Shown: positions 31,679 to 41,774, numbered from the stretch's first letter. The stretch: DNA of 64,000 nt from an uncultured Acidimicrobiia bacterium (GCA_963786955.1 CAWBAT010000009.1:192001-256000), one strand, 5' to 3'. Notes: generated by a model not told the origin, from the letters alone. Translations and numbers: made by a program.

Positions 31679-33640
31679 CTAGGGCCTCTGTCCTAATGTC
31701 GCTTTCAAGACCATGCGCTGCCCCTCGCGAAGAATGACAATCTCTACGACATCGCCTGGCTTATGCTCCTGCAACACATAAGTATAATCGTACACGTTCT
31801 TGATTTTCACCCCTGCGAACTCGATGATGACATCATTTCCCTGAATTCCCGCTTTTGCGGCCGGACTCCCTTCCCGCACTCCGGATAGTTTCACGCCTTC
31901 AACTTCTTCGCCGTAGTCCGGGATCGTCCCGACGTAGGCTCGCAACTCTCCACTTGGCTGCATCTCACTGGACTGAGCCTTTACCTTGCTGAATGCAGGG
32001 CGCGTGTCAAGCCGGTTGAGTTCCATTACCGTCTCCGCAACCAGCCCGAGGACTCTGGCTTCACCCTCAATGTTGATTTTCTCCCAGTCATCAGAAGGTC
32101 GGTGGTAGTCCGTGTGAACGCCGGTGAAAAAAAACAAGACCGGAATGTCTTTCCCATAAAATGACGAATGGTCGCTCGGTCCAAATCCGTCGTCCTGAAA
32201 CTTCAGATCCAATTGGGCTGTCTCGTTGAGTTGATGTATCAAATCTTTCCAAAGAGGCGAACTCCCCGATCCACCAATGATCAGCCGGCTATTCTTCATC
32301 CGCCCGATCATATCCATATTCAGCATGGCCACAGTTTTTTCCAAGGGAAAGAGCGGATGATTCACATAAAACTTTGAACCAATAAGACCTTCCTCTTCGG
32401 CTCCAAAAGCCACAAAAACCACACTGCGTTTCAACTCTGTCCTGCGTTTGGCCAATACTCGGGCGACTTCCAGTAATCCAGACGTCCCCGAAGCATTGTC
32501 GTCAGCTCCATTGTGGATCTCTTTCCCGTCGGTTTCACTGAGAGATGCAAACTCCCCCAGTCCCAGATGATCGTAATGAGCGCCGATGACGACGAGCTCC
32601 CTGGAAACACCAGGTTCACTGCCTTTTAAAATTCCGACCACATTAGTGGTTGATTTCGTAATTTTTTGGAGCTGACAGTCGAATGACAGTTCAACTCCTT
32701 TCAGTTCAGCAGCACTTCCCTTCCCTGTTCGGCTGCGCGTTTTCAGAGATTCAAGATCTAAGCCTCCGTCCTGGAAAATCTCTCGGGCGGTCTTTTGGCT
32801 GACGGCGAATACCGCAATCCCCGAATCGGCAAACTCCGCGTCAAATTGCAATTTGGAGAGGGAACTCTTCGCAAAATCTTCCGAGTCGTCAATCAGGACA
32901 AGCGCTTTGGCCCCTTTCTCTCGGGCAGTCATAGCTTTGTAGCGTAATGGATAATAACGGGCAAATTTTCCATGGGAGTCATTTCCGTCAGGCCCATAAC
33001 GAAGCACAAAGACAAAACGATCTTTCACATCGAGTCCTTGATAATCCTGATGGTCCAGCTCGGAGGCGGATATGCCGTACCCCGCAAATACTCCTTTACC
33101 CTCGAATTTCCCATTCATCGAAAAGGCCTTGGGCATGAAGTCGAGATGGAGTCGATACTCCTTGACTTCCTCTCCTGGAGAAGTCTTGGCTGTAAACTGG
33201 TTTTGAGCCCCAAGCTCTATGCCGGCTACAAAACTGAAGTCCTGGAGAAAGCTTTGGCCCGCCCCTGGCTGCAACCCGTATTCCTTAAATTTGTCGCTAA
33301 TGTAAGCGGCTGCCTTTTCTGCCCCGGACGAACCGGCAAGCCTTCCGCCGAGGTCGTCTGATGCCAGGTACTTCAAATTGTCGAGAATCTCATGATCGGA
33401 AATGCCGTAGGTTGAAACTAAATTGCCGGCTCCGTGCGCTCCCAGCGCAAATGACGAAAAACTGATCGCCAGCAGGCACAGGAGGAGAACCAGTAAAGAT
33501 CGTCGTCTCGTAGTAACTTGCAGATGTCTGTGCTGTAGTTGGCCCCGCTTTTTAGGCCCGGGGTCAACGACCCCGGCTACAACAATTGCCGCGAATTGGT
33601 GCAGCGTAGTACTAGTCCATGTCCACATCAAAGATTTCAA
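31679..33640 (-). CDS. M28 peptidase with PA and PDZ domains, exported
   Basis: GAHYDHLG, GADDNASG, AEEEGLIGS, PSDH, C-terminal PDZ; SD GGGAG before TTG 33640. Confidence 0.92.
   Translation of the reverse strand: MKSLMWTWTSTTLHQFAAIVVAGVVDPGPKKRGQLQHRHLQVTTRRRSLLVLLLCLLAISFSSFALGAHGAGNLVSTYGISDHEILDNLKYLASDDLGGRLAGSSGAEKAAAYISDKFKEYGLQPGAGQSFLQDFSFVAGIELGAQNQFTAKTSPGEEVKEYRLHLDFMPKAFSMNGKFEGKGVFAGYGISASELDHQDYQGLDVKDRFVFVLRYGPDGNDSHGKFARYYPLRYKAMTAREKGAKALVLIDDSEDFAKSSLSKLQFDAEFADSGIAVFAVSQKTAREIFQDGGLDLESLKTRSRTGKGSAAELKGVELSFDCQLQKITKSTTNVVGILKGSEPGVSRELVVIGAHYDHLGLGEFASLSETDGKEIHNGADDNASGTSGLLEVARVLAKRRTELKRSVVFVAFGAEEEGLIGSKFYVNHPLFPLEKTVAMLNMDMIGRMKNSRLIIGGSGSSPLWKDLIHQLNETAQLDLKFQDDGFGPSDHSSFYGKDIPVLFFFTGVHTDYHRPSDDWEKINIEGEARVLGLVAETVMELNRLDTRPAFSKVKAQSSEMQPSGELRAYVGTIPDYGEEVEGVKLSGVREGSPAAKAGIQGNDVIIEFAGVKIKNVYDYTYVLQEHKPGDVVEIVILREGQRMVLKATLGQRP
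33511..33614. mobile_element. TA-flanked 102-bp insertion with a GTAG REP, in frame in the M28 peptidase 5' end
   Basis: TAGTAACTTGCA ... TGCAGCGTAGTACTA ends; inner CCGGGGTCAACGACCCCGGCTAC; removing it gives WTTRRRSLLVLL. Confidence 0.55.
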
Positions 33641-33660
33641 GGTATCTCCCTGCTCGCAAC

Positions 33661-34437
33661 CTACAACCGTCTGATGTGAAATCCCCCATCGACATCAATG
33701 ACTTGACCGGTACTGAACGGGAAGTACCCTTTGACAATGGCTTCCACGGCCTTCGCCACATCCGAGGGCAGGCCCCATCGTTTTATCGGGGTCAGGCCAT
33801 CTTGGATCAACTGATCATAGGTATGCTTGACAGTCTCTGTCATATCGGTCCGGATGACTCCGGGACGAACCTCAAAAACAGGAATCTCATATTCAGCCAA
33901 ACGGTCCGCAAATAATTGAGTCATCATGGAAACAGCGGCCTTTGATAGACAATACTCTGCGCGGTTCGTTGAAGTGGTATACGCGGAGATGGATGAAATA
34001 TTGATGATCACAGGTAAATAATCCGGCATCTGCCGGCGCAATTCGATCATCCAATTGGCGATGCGTTGGGTCAAAAAATAAGGGCCCTTCAAATTAGTCC
34101 GTAGCAAATGGTCAAAGCTGTCTTCCTGGGCGTGGAGCATATCTTCACGCTTGGCCGGCGCGATGCCTGCATTATTCACGAGAACATCGACTCGCCCAAA
34201 GGTGCCTCTCAAGAACTTCTCAATTCGAGAATGTTCAGCCGTCTGGCTGATATCCGCTTGGATCAATTCGGCATGAACTCCCCGCTGGGTTGCAGCCGTC
34301 TGAACCAACAGCGCTTCTTCACTATGAGTGAAGTAATTAATGGCGAGGTCATAACCTAGTTCAGCGAGGGTCGTTGAGATGGCTTTACCAATCCCCCTGC
34401 TCCCTCCCGTGACAAACGCAACCCGATTCTGACTCAT
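33661..34437 (-). CDS. Short-chain dehydrogenase/reductase
   Basis: TGGSRGIG, NNAG, YCLSK, VDGG. Confidence 0.93.
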   Translation of the reverse strand: MSQNRVAFVTGGSRGIGKAISTTLAELGYDLAINYFTHSEEALLVQTAATQRGVHAELIQADISQTAEHSRIEKFLRGTFGRVDVLVNNAGIAPAKREDMLHAQEDSFDHLLRTNLKGPYFLTQRIANWMIELRRQMPDYLPVIINISSISAYTTSTNRAEYCLSKAAVSMMTQLFADRLAEYEIPVFEVRPGVIRTDMTETVKHTYDQLIQDGLTPIKRWGLPSDVAKAVEAIVKGYFPFSTGQVIDVDGGFHIRRL

Positions 34438-34609
34438 TCGTCAATCCCTGATAGAAACGATTTCAATAAATCTTCGCATTCATTCATGGTTCAGAACTTC
34501 TCGACATTACCTTGGGAAGAAAATGACTTGCCTCTGCTTCGCACATTTCAGTGAGCCGCATTAGGATGAAATGGCGCAATCATGCCGGATTCAACACCCC
34601 TCTGACCTC

Positions 34610-36112
34610 TCACTTGTTTCTTGCCGCGCTGCTCAGACGATCCATTTTCCATTGTTTCTCGCCCGCGGGCAAAAAGAAAAAGACTTCCGTGTCAGAGTAT
34701 TTGGCTAAAAGGGCTTTACTTTTTTCAAACCCCAGCACGTAGAAAGAATCGTCCAAGGCATCGCCGTCGGTTCCGTTCTGGGTCAAGACAGCTACGCTGA
34801 ACATATTCTCAACCGGGCTGCCGGTCTTGGGATTCATGATGTGGGAATACGTGACCCCTCGGACTATGAAAAACTTCTCGTAGTTTCCGGAGACAGAAAG
34901 ACACCGGTCCTTCAACAGAACGGTTATCGGGCTTTTTTTAGGATCGTGAGGAGACAAAGGGTCTCGAAGTTTCACTTCCCACCCTGGCCGATCTGGAGGA
35001 GTTCCTAAGCCGTAAAGCGTACTGCCGCCGGCACTGATAAAAGCATGTTCGATCTTTTGTTCTTTCAGGATTTCGACGATCCGATCCACAGCATAGCCTT
35101 TGGCAATGCCGCCCAGATCGATCTCCATCCCCTCCTTCTCGAACTGAATGGTTCGATGGACATCATCCAGCTTTAAATACTGGTAACCGACGTGCCGTAA
35201 GACACTCCAGATTTCGAAAGGCCATGGAACTCGCCCTTCGTTGCGGAAAAAGCCCCAAGTCTTCATGAGTGGGCCGACCGTAATATCAAAGGCGCCATCT
35301 GATTCCCGGCTATACTCCACGCATCGCTTGAGAAAGCGAAATAACTCCGGCTCTACCCGGACCGGACCTTTCCCCGCTTCTCGATTAATCTGTGACAGGG
35401 GACTCTCCGGCTTGTAATTGCTCATTAAGGCGTCGATTCGGTCCGCTTCGTCGAGGGCCGCATTGGTGATAAGAGGAAGTTGTTTCGGATCCTTGCCGTA
35501 CAGCAAAACGGTATAGGTGCAAGCCATGGAAACACGGCTATCCTCAAACCGAGTCAGCAGCGGCCTTTCTTCCGGTTTAGTGCCCGCCAATGTGACTAAT
35601 CCAGACGAAGAAAGTCTTGTGACAATTTTCTCCTCAACCCCAGACCTTCTCCCTTGGGGTTGATCATGTCCCATATCTTTTTCGCTGGACACAGGGGGTG
35701 CCTGAAAGGCTGTCTCCAAGCCAGTTTTCGGCCCTGAAAGGGCCAGGGAATGTAGCCCAGGGCAAGAGAGCGAAGCGACCGCCGCCCTGGGTCCAAGGCA
35801 AACAAAGTTTAGCCCCTCTCCCCCGCGAATTGGAAGAGACAGTCTGAAACCCTCTCTCAGCGGGGGGGAGAGGGGAGCGGGGAGAAGGGGTGACATTCCG
35901 TGCCGCTGTAACCAAATACACCCCCCCTGTGTCCAGCAACCAGACTTATGGGTAAGGGTCCTCCCATGAGGAGAGAGTGGTCCGCCCGACGGCGAGCCGG
36001 GTGAGGGAGAACGATTCGAGGACGCCCCCAAGCATAACTTTACTTCGTGCGTTTGTATTAGAAAGGGAGAGACTAGCAGGGTGAAAAAAATCGCACGGAC
36101 GCGAAGACACAT
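34610..36112 (-). CDS. apbE: FAD:protein FMN transferase (ApbE) with a repeat-derived N-terminal insert
   Basis: GAFDITVGP, IDLGGIAKGY, SVSGNYE, HIMNPKTG; hydrophobic leader MCLRVRAIFFTLLVS. Confidence 0.88.
   Translation of the reverse strand: MCLRVRAIFFTLLVSPFLIQTHEVKLCLGASSNRSPSPGSPSGGPLSPHGRTLTHKSGCWTQGGCIWLQRHGMSPLLPAPLSPPLREGFRLSLPIRGGEGLNFVCLGPRAAVASLSCPGLHSLALSGPKTGLETAFQAPPVSSEKDMGHDQPQGRRSGVEEKIVTRLSSSGLVTLAGTKPEERPLLTRFEDSRVSMACTYTVLLYGKDPKQLPLITNAALDEADRIDALMSNYKPESPLSQINREAGKGPVRVEPELFRFLKRCVEYSRESDGAFDITVGPLMKTWGFFRNEGRVPWPFEIWSVLRHVGYQYLKLDDVHRTIQFEKEGMEIDLGGIAKGYAVDRIVEILKEQKIEHAFISAGGSTLYGLGTPPDRPGWEVKLRDPLSPHDPKKSPITVLLKDRCLSVSGNYEKFFIVRGVTYSHIMNPKTGSPVENMFSVAVLTQNGTDGDALDDSFYVLGFEKSKALLAKYSDTEVFFFLPAGEKQWKMDRLSSAARNK
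35649..35971. mobile_element. 301-bp MITE with 11-bp degenerate TSD, nested in a CCCCTC repeat inside apbE
   Basis: Ends TTGATCATGTCCCATATC / GACTTATGGGTAAGGGTC; TSD CTCCCTTGGGG (35649-35659) and CTCCCATGAGG (35961-35971), 312 bp apart. Confidence 0.72.
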
Positions 36113-36161
36113 GGGAAGTTTCAGATAGAGATTCCCTTCTGACGCCGGGAAAGTATCGGCC

Positions 36162-36274
36162 GACTTATCCCGAATTCCGAAGTGTGTGAGCGCTGCCAGG
36201 TGGAGCGGGCGCTCCCGCGCATGCTCAATGAACGCGCGGCGGAGCGCGCGTTCCACCTGAATTCGCAGGTAGTC
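36162..36274. mobile_element. Small TIR-bounded element carrying a GGTGGA-type REPIN
   Basis: GACTTATCCCGAATTC ... GAATTCGCAGGTAGTC; inner AGGTGGAGCGGGCGCTCC...GGAGCGCGCGTTCCACCT. Confidence 0.55.
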
Positions 36275-36356
36275 AATGATGGGGGGGGATGGGAGCGATC
36301 CATAGGTAGAAGTCTGAAATTCGATCTTCCCGGGTGCCGTATCGCGGGTTCACTTC

Positions 36357-37772
36357 TCAAGATTGTTTCACATTCTTAGTGATTTGCATTTCCTTGGGGG
36401 TGCCGTTGCCTTTCGGCCAAAAAACCTTTTGCCCCGTTTCCATCGCTTGGTTCGCGTAAATGACAGCTCTAGAATCGGCCGCCCCGATATGAACATTTGC
36501 CAGAGGTTTCTTCCCTTCGCGAACACAGGCAAAAAAGCTTTCTTCCTCCACGCTCAGAGCATCCTGTTCCCGATCCATTTCAAGAACACCCATATCGATC
36601 AGCCATTTCTTGGCATAATCGATCTCTTTGTCAACAAACCCCATATTCTTCTGGGGAAATTGCGGGAAGATGGGAAAGCCCTTCTTCGCTTCGCGGTTCT
36701 TGGCAGTTGCCCCTGCCCACCAATTCTGCTCTTTCGCATCGAGCGCCACATTCTTGTTTGTGGGTGCATCCTTTGGCTTGTTTTCCCGGAAGTAAGTGGC
36801 GCGGGCATTATTGTTTCCGAGAGTAATCTCGATGGATCCTTCGTCGCCCATAATGACTTCAGAAAAATCCAAATGGGCATTGTTGCAGATTGATGTAAAT
36901 ACAAATTTTTGTCCTTGCGGATACTCATAAATCACTGAAACATTGTCGAAAATATCTCTTCCATCTTTCCAGTAATCCAACCCACCGACTCCGACAACTG
37001 AGACAGGCTCAGACTGGTAGGCCCAGTCCGCGACATCGACTTGATGTGAACCGAGCTCAGCCATAAGCCCGCCGGAATATTCCCGATACACACGCCAATT
37101 CAAGAACCGTTCGAGTTTTGGGTCAGGGACAGGAACTCTCCAACTGCCATTGCGATCCCACTGGGCCCGGATAAATTGCACTTTCCCCAGCGCGCCACTA
37201 TGGATCATCTGCATGGCGACTTGATAGATTGTGCTGTAACGCCTTTGAAGGCCTACTTGCAAAACCAGCTTCGGATTCGCCTCAGTGGCTGCAAGCACTC
37301 GAGGAATCTGATCTTCCTTTTGAGCCATGACTTTTTCGACAAAGACGTGCTTTCCCGCACTGATCGCATCCAGCAGCATGGGGACATGGAGGTAATAGGG
37401 AGTCACAATAAAAACAGCCTCAATATCTTTGCGATCCAACACGCGCCGATAGTCATCAGCCACAGTTTCGGGATTATTCCCGATCGTCTCGACACCCTTT
37501 TTCAGATTCGGGGGATAAATATCGCAGATCACCGTACATCGTCCTGTGGTAATCGTGCTTAAATGCTTCAAATGATTGCAACCCTGTCTTCCAGAACCGA
37601 TGAACCCATAGCTCACCGGATTTGCCAGAGACTGCGCCCGAATGATCGCCGGAGCACCTAAAGTTGTAAGACTTGAAGCCGCGGATACGCAACTCGCGTA
37701 TTTGAGAAAATGACGTCGACTCAGTCTTACAGGGTTTTGGGTCGGTGGCATGCGAACACTCCTATCCGGCAC
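36357..37772 (-). CDS. Gfo/Idh/MocA oxidoreductase, Tat-exported
   Basis: SRRHFLK, GSGRQG, FVEK, NWRVYREYSGGLMAELGSHQVD. Confidence 0.92.
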   Translation of the reverse strand: MPDRSVRMPPTQNPVRLSRRHFLKYASCVSAASSLTTLGAPAIIRAQSLANPVSYGFIGSGRQGCNHLKHLSTITTGRCTVICDIYPPNLKKGVETIGNNPETVADDYRRVLDRKDIEAVFIVTPYYLHVPMLLDAISAGKHVFVEKVMAQKEDQIPRVLAATEANPKLVLQVGLQRRYSTIYQVAMQMIHSGALGKVQFIRAQWDRNGSWRVPVPDPKLERFLNWRVYREYSGGLMAELGSHQVDVADWAYQSEPVSVVGVGGLDYWKDGRDIFDNVSVIYEYPQGQKFVFTSICNNAHLDFSEVIMGDEGSIEITLGNNNARATYFRENKPKDAPTNKNVALDAKEQNWWAGATAKNREAKKGFPIFPQFPQKNMGFVDKEIDYAKKWLIDMGVLEMDREQDALSVEEESFFACVREGKKPLANVHIGAADSRAVIYANQAMETGQKVFWPKGNGTPKEMQITKNVKQS

Positions 37773-37965
37773 TAATCTAGCGCTTCCAAATCCAATTTAA
37801 CATATCCGACTAAAATGACAAACAATCCTCCCGAATCTTTTCGTTTCTTTCCCCTGAATCAACCGTCCTCTTGAGACTTTCGAGTTATTCTTGGAACGAA
37901 TGATTCAAGCTCCTATAATTTGAAATCGCTGCTGACTTCTTCAACAATTCCGTGTAGTTTCCTCA

Positions 37966-39135
37966 ATGATGATTACTGAAAACACTTTTCAAAAGTCTAT
38001 CGCGGTTCTGAAAGACCTGATCCAGATTAACTCTACAAATTCCACGCTCGTTCGTGGAGGAGTTGGAGAAAAGGAAATCGTACGGTATCTGAGTGAACTC
38101 TTCCTGCAGGAGGGAATTCACTCCGAACTTCAGAACATTGGCACGGATCGATTTAATTTGGTGGCCAGGGTTAGCGGGAAGAAAGGCGGCCCTAGAATCC
38201 TTCTCAATGGTCACCTCGACACCGTAGGGGTGGCAGGCATGCTAGCGCCTTTCGAAGCGAGAGAAATCGAGGGCAAGATCTATGGTCGAGGCTCGCAGGA
38301 TATGAAAGGGGGCCTCGCTGCGGGAGTAGCCACTCTGTTGGCTCTTTCCCAGAATCGGGACAGGTTTACTGGCGAAGTTGTATTGGCCGCCGTGGCCGAT
38401 GAAGAAGACCGGAGCATTGGAACGGAATATTTTCTGCGACACCAACCCCAAGAAAAACGTTTCGATTTTTGCATTGTCCTCGAACCCACCGACCTTAAAG
38501 TATGTACCGCGCACAAGGGTTTTGCCTGGCTCGAGATCACAGTCTACGGAAAGGCTGCCCACGGGAGCCGTCCCAACGAAGGCATTGATGCCATTCGGCA
38601 TATGGGACGGGTTCTTGAACAACTCAATCAGTTAGATAACCGATTGCAGTCCACTCCCCTTCACTCGTTGCTGGGCTCAGGATCCTTGCACACTTCTTTG
38701 ATCGAAGGAGGTTGCGAATGGAGCTCGTATCCGGATCGATGTGTCCTGAAGTATGAGCGACGGACAGTTCCTCCAGAAAATGAAGCGACTTTTCGAAATG
38801 AGCTCAATGTCATCCTTGAGGATCTAACGAAGTCCGTATCACTTTTTCGGGCAGAGAGTCAGCTGATCTTCTCCCGCGCTCCCTTAGAGCAAGACAGGAA
38901 ACACCCTTTTGTTTCTCGGTTCCATCTACAGGCGGTTCACAATTTTTCTGAGCTGGCGGACTGGGGAACAGTTTCTTTCTGGACAGATGCTGCATTAATC
39001 TCTGACGCCGGAATTCCCTCTGTCGTCTTCGGGCCCCGTGGCGCAGGACTTCATTCCCTTGAAGAGTATGTGCTCGCTTCCGACGTGGTAGCTTGTGCAA
39101 AGCTGCTCTACGATTTCATCCTCGCCCTGCCTTAA
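37966..39135 (+). CDS. ArgE/DapE family (M20) deacylase
   Basis: NGHLDTV, GRGSQDMKGG, DEE, AAHGS, GLHSLEE. Confidence 0.92.
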   Translation: MMITENTFQKSIAVLKDLIQINSTNSTLVRGGVGEKEIVRYLSELFLQEGIHSELQNIGTDRFNLVARVSGKKGGPRILLNGHLDTVGVAGMLAPFEAREIEGKIYGRGSQDMKGGLAAGVATLLALSQNRDRFTGEVVLAAVADEEDRSIGTEYFLRHQPQEKRFDFCIVLEPTDLKVCTAHKGFAWLEITVYGKAAHGSRPNEGIDAIRHMGRVLEQLNQLDNRLQSTPLHSLLGSGSLHTSLIEGGCEWSSYPDRCVLKYERRTVPPENEATFRNELNVILEDLTKSVSLFRAESQLIFSRAPLEQDRKHPFVSRFHLQAVHNFSELADWGTVSFWTDAALISDAGIPSVVFGPRGAGLHSLEEYVLASDVVACAKLLYDFILALP

Positions 39136-39419
39136 GGCGCTTTCCGATTTTCCGTGCCCGCCAGGGCCACAACGACCAGGGTCCAGGCCGGGAACAACTG
39201 CAGGGCCGGCACAGCTTCAACGGCCAGAGCCGACAAGAGCGGCCAGCGGAAGCCCAGCACAGCAAACAGCACCACGGCGGTGGCTGCGTCCAACAGCCAC
39301 TGTACCGGTGGTAACAGCACCACACCGAAACCCAGCGCGTCCGACAGCACCGCGGTCAATAGAGCCCAGCGCCAGCGGGGAAACTTCCAGGCCATCAGGA
39401 AATTATGGACTAGTTTCAT
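39132..39419 (-). CDS. Small membrane protein (paralog of 47818..48126)
   Basis: PPVQWLLDAATA...EAVPALQLFPAWTLVV matches PPVQWAADLATA...EAIPGLSVFPFWVLVV. Confidence 0.75.
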   Translation of the reverse strand: MKLVHNFLMAWKFPRWRWALLTAVLSDALGFGVVLLPPVQWLLDAATAVVLFAVLGFRWPLLSALAVEAVPALQLFPAWTLVVVALAGTENRKAP

Positions 39420-39447
39420 CGATTTGGTTTCACCCTTCGACGCCCAG

Positions 39448-39552
39448 CTACCGGGCTTTGGTAAGCAACATCCGGTCGGGAGTGTGCCTGTACGTCCATG
39501 GACAGCCCGAGTTCTTCCAGCCGTTCACCAGCCGCTGGCCCACGAAGACGCT
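39448..39552 (-). pseudogene. 3' scrap of a rhodanese gene
   Basis: NGWKNSGCPWTYRHTPDRMLLTKAR* vs DGWKNSGCPWTKKLTPDRMLLSKVQ* at 53351. Confidence 0.85.
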
Positions 39553-39661
39553 TGCAGTGGCAGCCAGGACGATGCTGGCATCACGGCGAGGGTTACCAAT
39601 ATACCATTGCCCACCAAACAGTTCCAAAACACTTCTGCATTTAGTTGAGCCATATTCAACT

Positions 39662-39958
39662 CTTTAGAAATTCCCCTCTTGGGAGGGGAAAGAAGGCTTT
39701 AGCCTTCAGGGGTGGGTCCGCCCGTCGGAACAACCCACCCCTGGCCTTCGGCCATCCCCCGAAGTTGTGAAAGAATTGCGTTCGGTGTCGCCCTTCGAGT
39801 GTCCCCCTTGGTTAAGGGGGACTCCAGGGGGTAAGGTAGGGCGGTCTCGCTGAGACCGCCGACTCCAGTTTTGGTGTGGCGGCGCGCACGGCGTGCGCGC
39901 CCTACCAGAGCGACCACCCCCTCGCCCCCTCGAAAGCAGATGAGTTTCTCTCACCACC
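39662..39958. repeat. Nested repeat pile: TCCCCTC...GAGGGG element, TGTGAAAGAA...TTTCTCTCACCA shell and GTAG REPIN
   Basis: ACCCACCCCTGGCCTTCGGCCATCCC is shared with about 54037 and 56472; GGTAGGGCG...CGCCCTACC at about 39835-39907. Confidence 0.75.
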
Positions 39959-39973
39959 AGCCGTTCGCCCAGA

Positions 39974-41023
39974 TCACGCCTCGGTGAACTGAAGAACGAC
40001 TTTGATGTCGTCTGCGGTTCGCTGCAGGGCCTTCATGAAATCTTGAGGCCGCTCACGTCTTGTCACGAGTCGCGCCAGCCAGGAGCGATCTGCGCGGGCC
40101 AGTGCTTCTCCGGCCTTATACCAGTGCCGCTTGTTTGCGTTGACGCTGCCGACGATGACGTTGTTCTGCAGCACTGCGCTGGCCGCAACATCGGCTATTG
40201 AAGCTGCATACCGGGCTCCGCCGCTGCCGACACCGGTGAGGCAAACGATGCCACCTGAGCCGATGGAGCGAATCGAGTCGGCAATGACCTGTCCGACGCC
40301 AGTACATTCGATGATGACATCCGGCTCGAATCCTATTCCCCCGACCGCACCGACGTGATAGGTTGCGCCGAGTGAGCGCACGAGTTCGGGCTTGGGCCCC
40401 GACTCGACCCGGTCCAGGACATGGACTTCCAACCCGTGTTGTCTTCCAACGAGAGCGGCCAGCAGGCCGATGGGCCCCGCTCCCGTCACCAGCGCGGTCC
40501 GGGGTTCCCAGAAGGCGCGCTGGCCCACGGCAACGACCTGCTCCCACGCTTTTGTCACCACTGTCGTAGGCTCAAGCAAGACACCGAGGAGACCGAGAGC
40601 TGGGTTGACCTTCATTGCGTACTCCGGTTCAATCCGCCAGCGCTCCGACATGAACCCATCGATTTGCTTGATGCCGCGCTCGGTGTACTGTCCGTTGCGG
40701 CACATGTCCCACTCCCCCACCGCGCAGTTCGGGCAGGGGACAGGGTCAGGACGCCGGACAATGCCCACGACCAGATCCCCCTTCTTCAGTCCGCCGGCCG
40801 GACCCGGATCCAGCACGCGGCCAAGAGATTCGTGGCCCAGCACAAGTCGCTTCTTGCCGGGAGGAGCCCAGCCGTATTTTCCCTCGACGATTTCGACATC
40901 AGTCCCGCAAACCCCAACGGCGATGGCTTCCACGAGCACTGATCCGTCCCGTAGCTCCGGTTCTGGGATATTTTCCAACCGGGCAGTTTCGGGTTGCTTC
41001 GGCTCTACTGTGATTGCCTGCAT
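39974..41023 (-). CDS. Zn-dependent glucose 1-dehydrogenase (MDR family)
   Basis: VGVCGTD, LGHESLG, CPNC...DMC, GAGPIG, GSVNAN. Confidence 0.9.
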   Translation of the reverse strand: MQAITVEPKQPETARLENIPEPELRDGSVLVEAIAVGVCGTDVEIVEGKYGWAPPGKKRLVLGHESLGRVLDPGPAGGLKKGDLVVGIVRRPDPVPCPNCAVGEWDMCRNGQYTERGIKQIDGFMSERWRIEPEYAMKVNPALGLLGVLLEPTTVVTKAWEQVVAVGQRAFWEPRTALVTGAGPIGLLAALVGRQHGLEVHVLDRVESGPKPELVRSLGATYHVGAVGGIGFEPDVIIECTGVGQVIADSIRSIGSGGIVCLTGVGSGGARYAASIADVAASAVLQNNVIVGSVNANKRHWYKAGEALARADRSWLARLVTRRERPQDFMKALQRTADDIKVVLQFTEA

Positions 41024-41082
41024 ATAGTCTCCTTAGAAAATCCCTCTTAATAGAGGCGGATGTCCGGCCCTGATGAACCATC

Positions 41083-41309
41083 CCGCTCCCTTCCGCGCCG
41101 ATTGGTTTTCACACAAAGCCACAAAGTACTCCATTCAACTGCTCCGTTCAGGATTCACAAAATCCCATCTTTCATCAAAGCCTCACCGAAGCCGGGACCC
41201 AACTCCTTATGGATCTGTATGGCACCATTGACGATTCCTTTGCCGATCTCGTTTTCCGTCATCTCTTCGTGCCTTTGTGTCTTTGTGTGAGTCTTTTTCC
41301 GAGTTCACT
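41083..41309 (-). pseudogene. Internally deleted tandem copy of the GxxExxY gene unit
   Basis: Near-identical to 41335-41820 but lacking 41451-41702; reads MTENEIGKGIVNGAIQIHKELGPG|FGEALMKDGIL*. Confidence 0.92.
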
Positions 41310-41390
41310 TCCTGATGCGCTGGGTGCCCTCCTGCCGCTCCCTTCCGCGCCGATTGGTTTTCACACAAAGGCACGAAGGCACAAAGTGCT

Positions 41391-41774
41391 CTATTCAACT
41401 GCTCCATTCAGGATCCGCGAAATCCCATCTTTCATCAAAGCCTCACCGAAGTTCAAAAGATATCCAAGTTTCATCCCGGTCAATTTGAGATAGGTCAAAA
41501 GCTGCTTCTTATGTGCTTTGCTCACCGCCTCAACCGACTTCAACTCGACGATCACTTTGCCTTCAACGATGAGGTCCGCCCGGAAACCTTCGTCGAAAGT
41601 AATCCCATGGTACGCAATCGCGATGGGGATTTGTCGTTCAACTTGCAAACCTAATTGTGCCAATTCGTGAGCGAGAATAGCTTCATAGACGCTCTCGAAA
41701 AGGCCGGGACCCAACTCCTTATGGATCTGTATGGCACCATTGACGATTCCTTTGCCGATCTCGTTTTCCGTCAT
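41391..41774 (-). CDS. GxxExxY protein (PD-(D/E)XK nuclease fold)
   Basis: LGPGLFESVYE, FRADLIVEGKVIVELKS, QLLTYL, GYLLNFG. Confidence 0.93.
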   Translation of the reverse strand: MTENEIGKGIVNGAIQIHKELGPGLFESVYEAILAHELAQLGLQVERQIPIAIAYHGITFDEGFRADLIVEGKVIVELKSVEAVSKAHKKQLLTYLKLTGMKLGYLLNFGEALMKDGISRILNGAVE

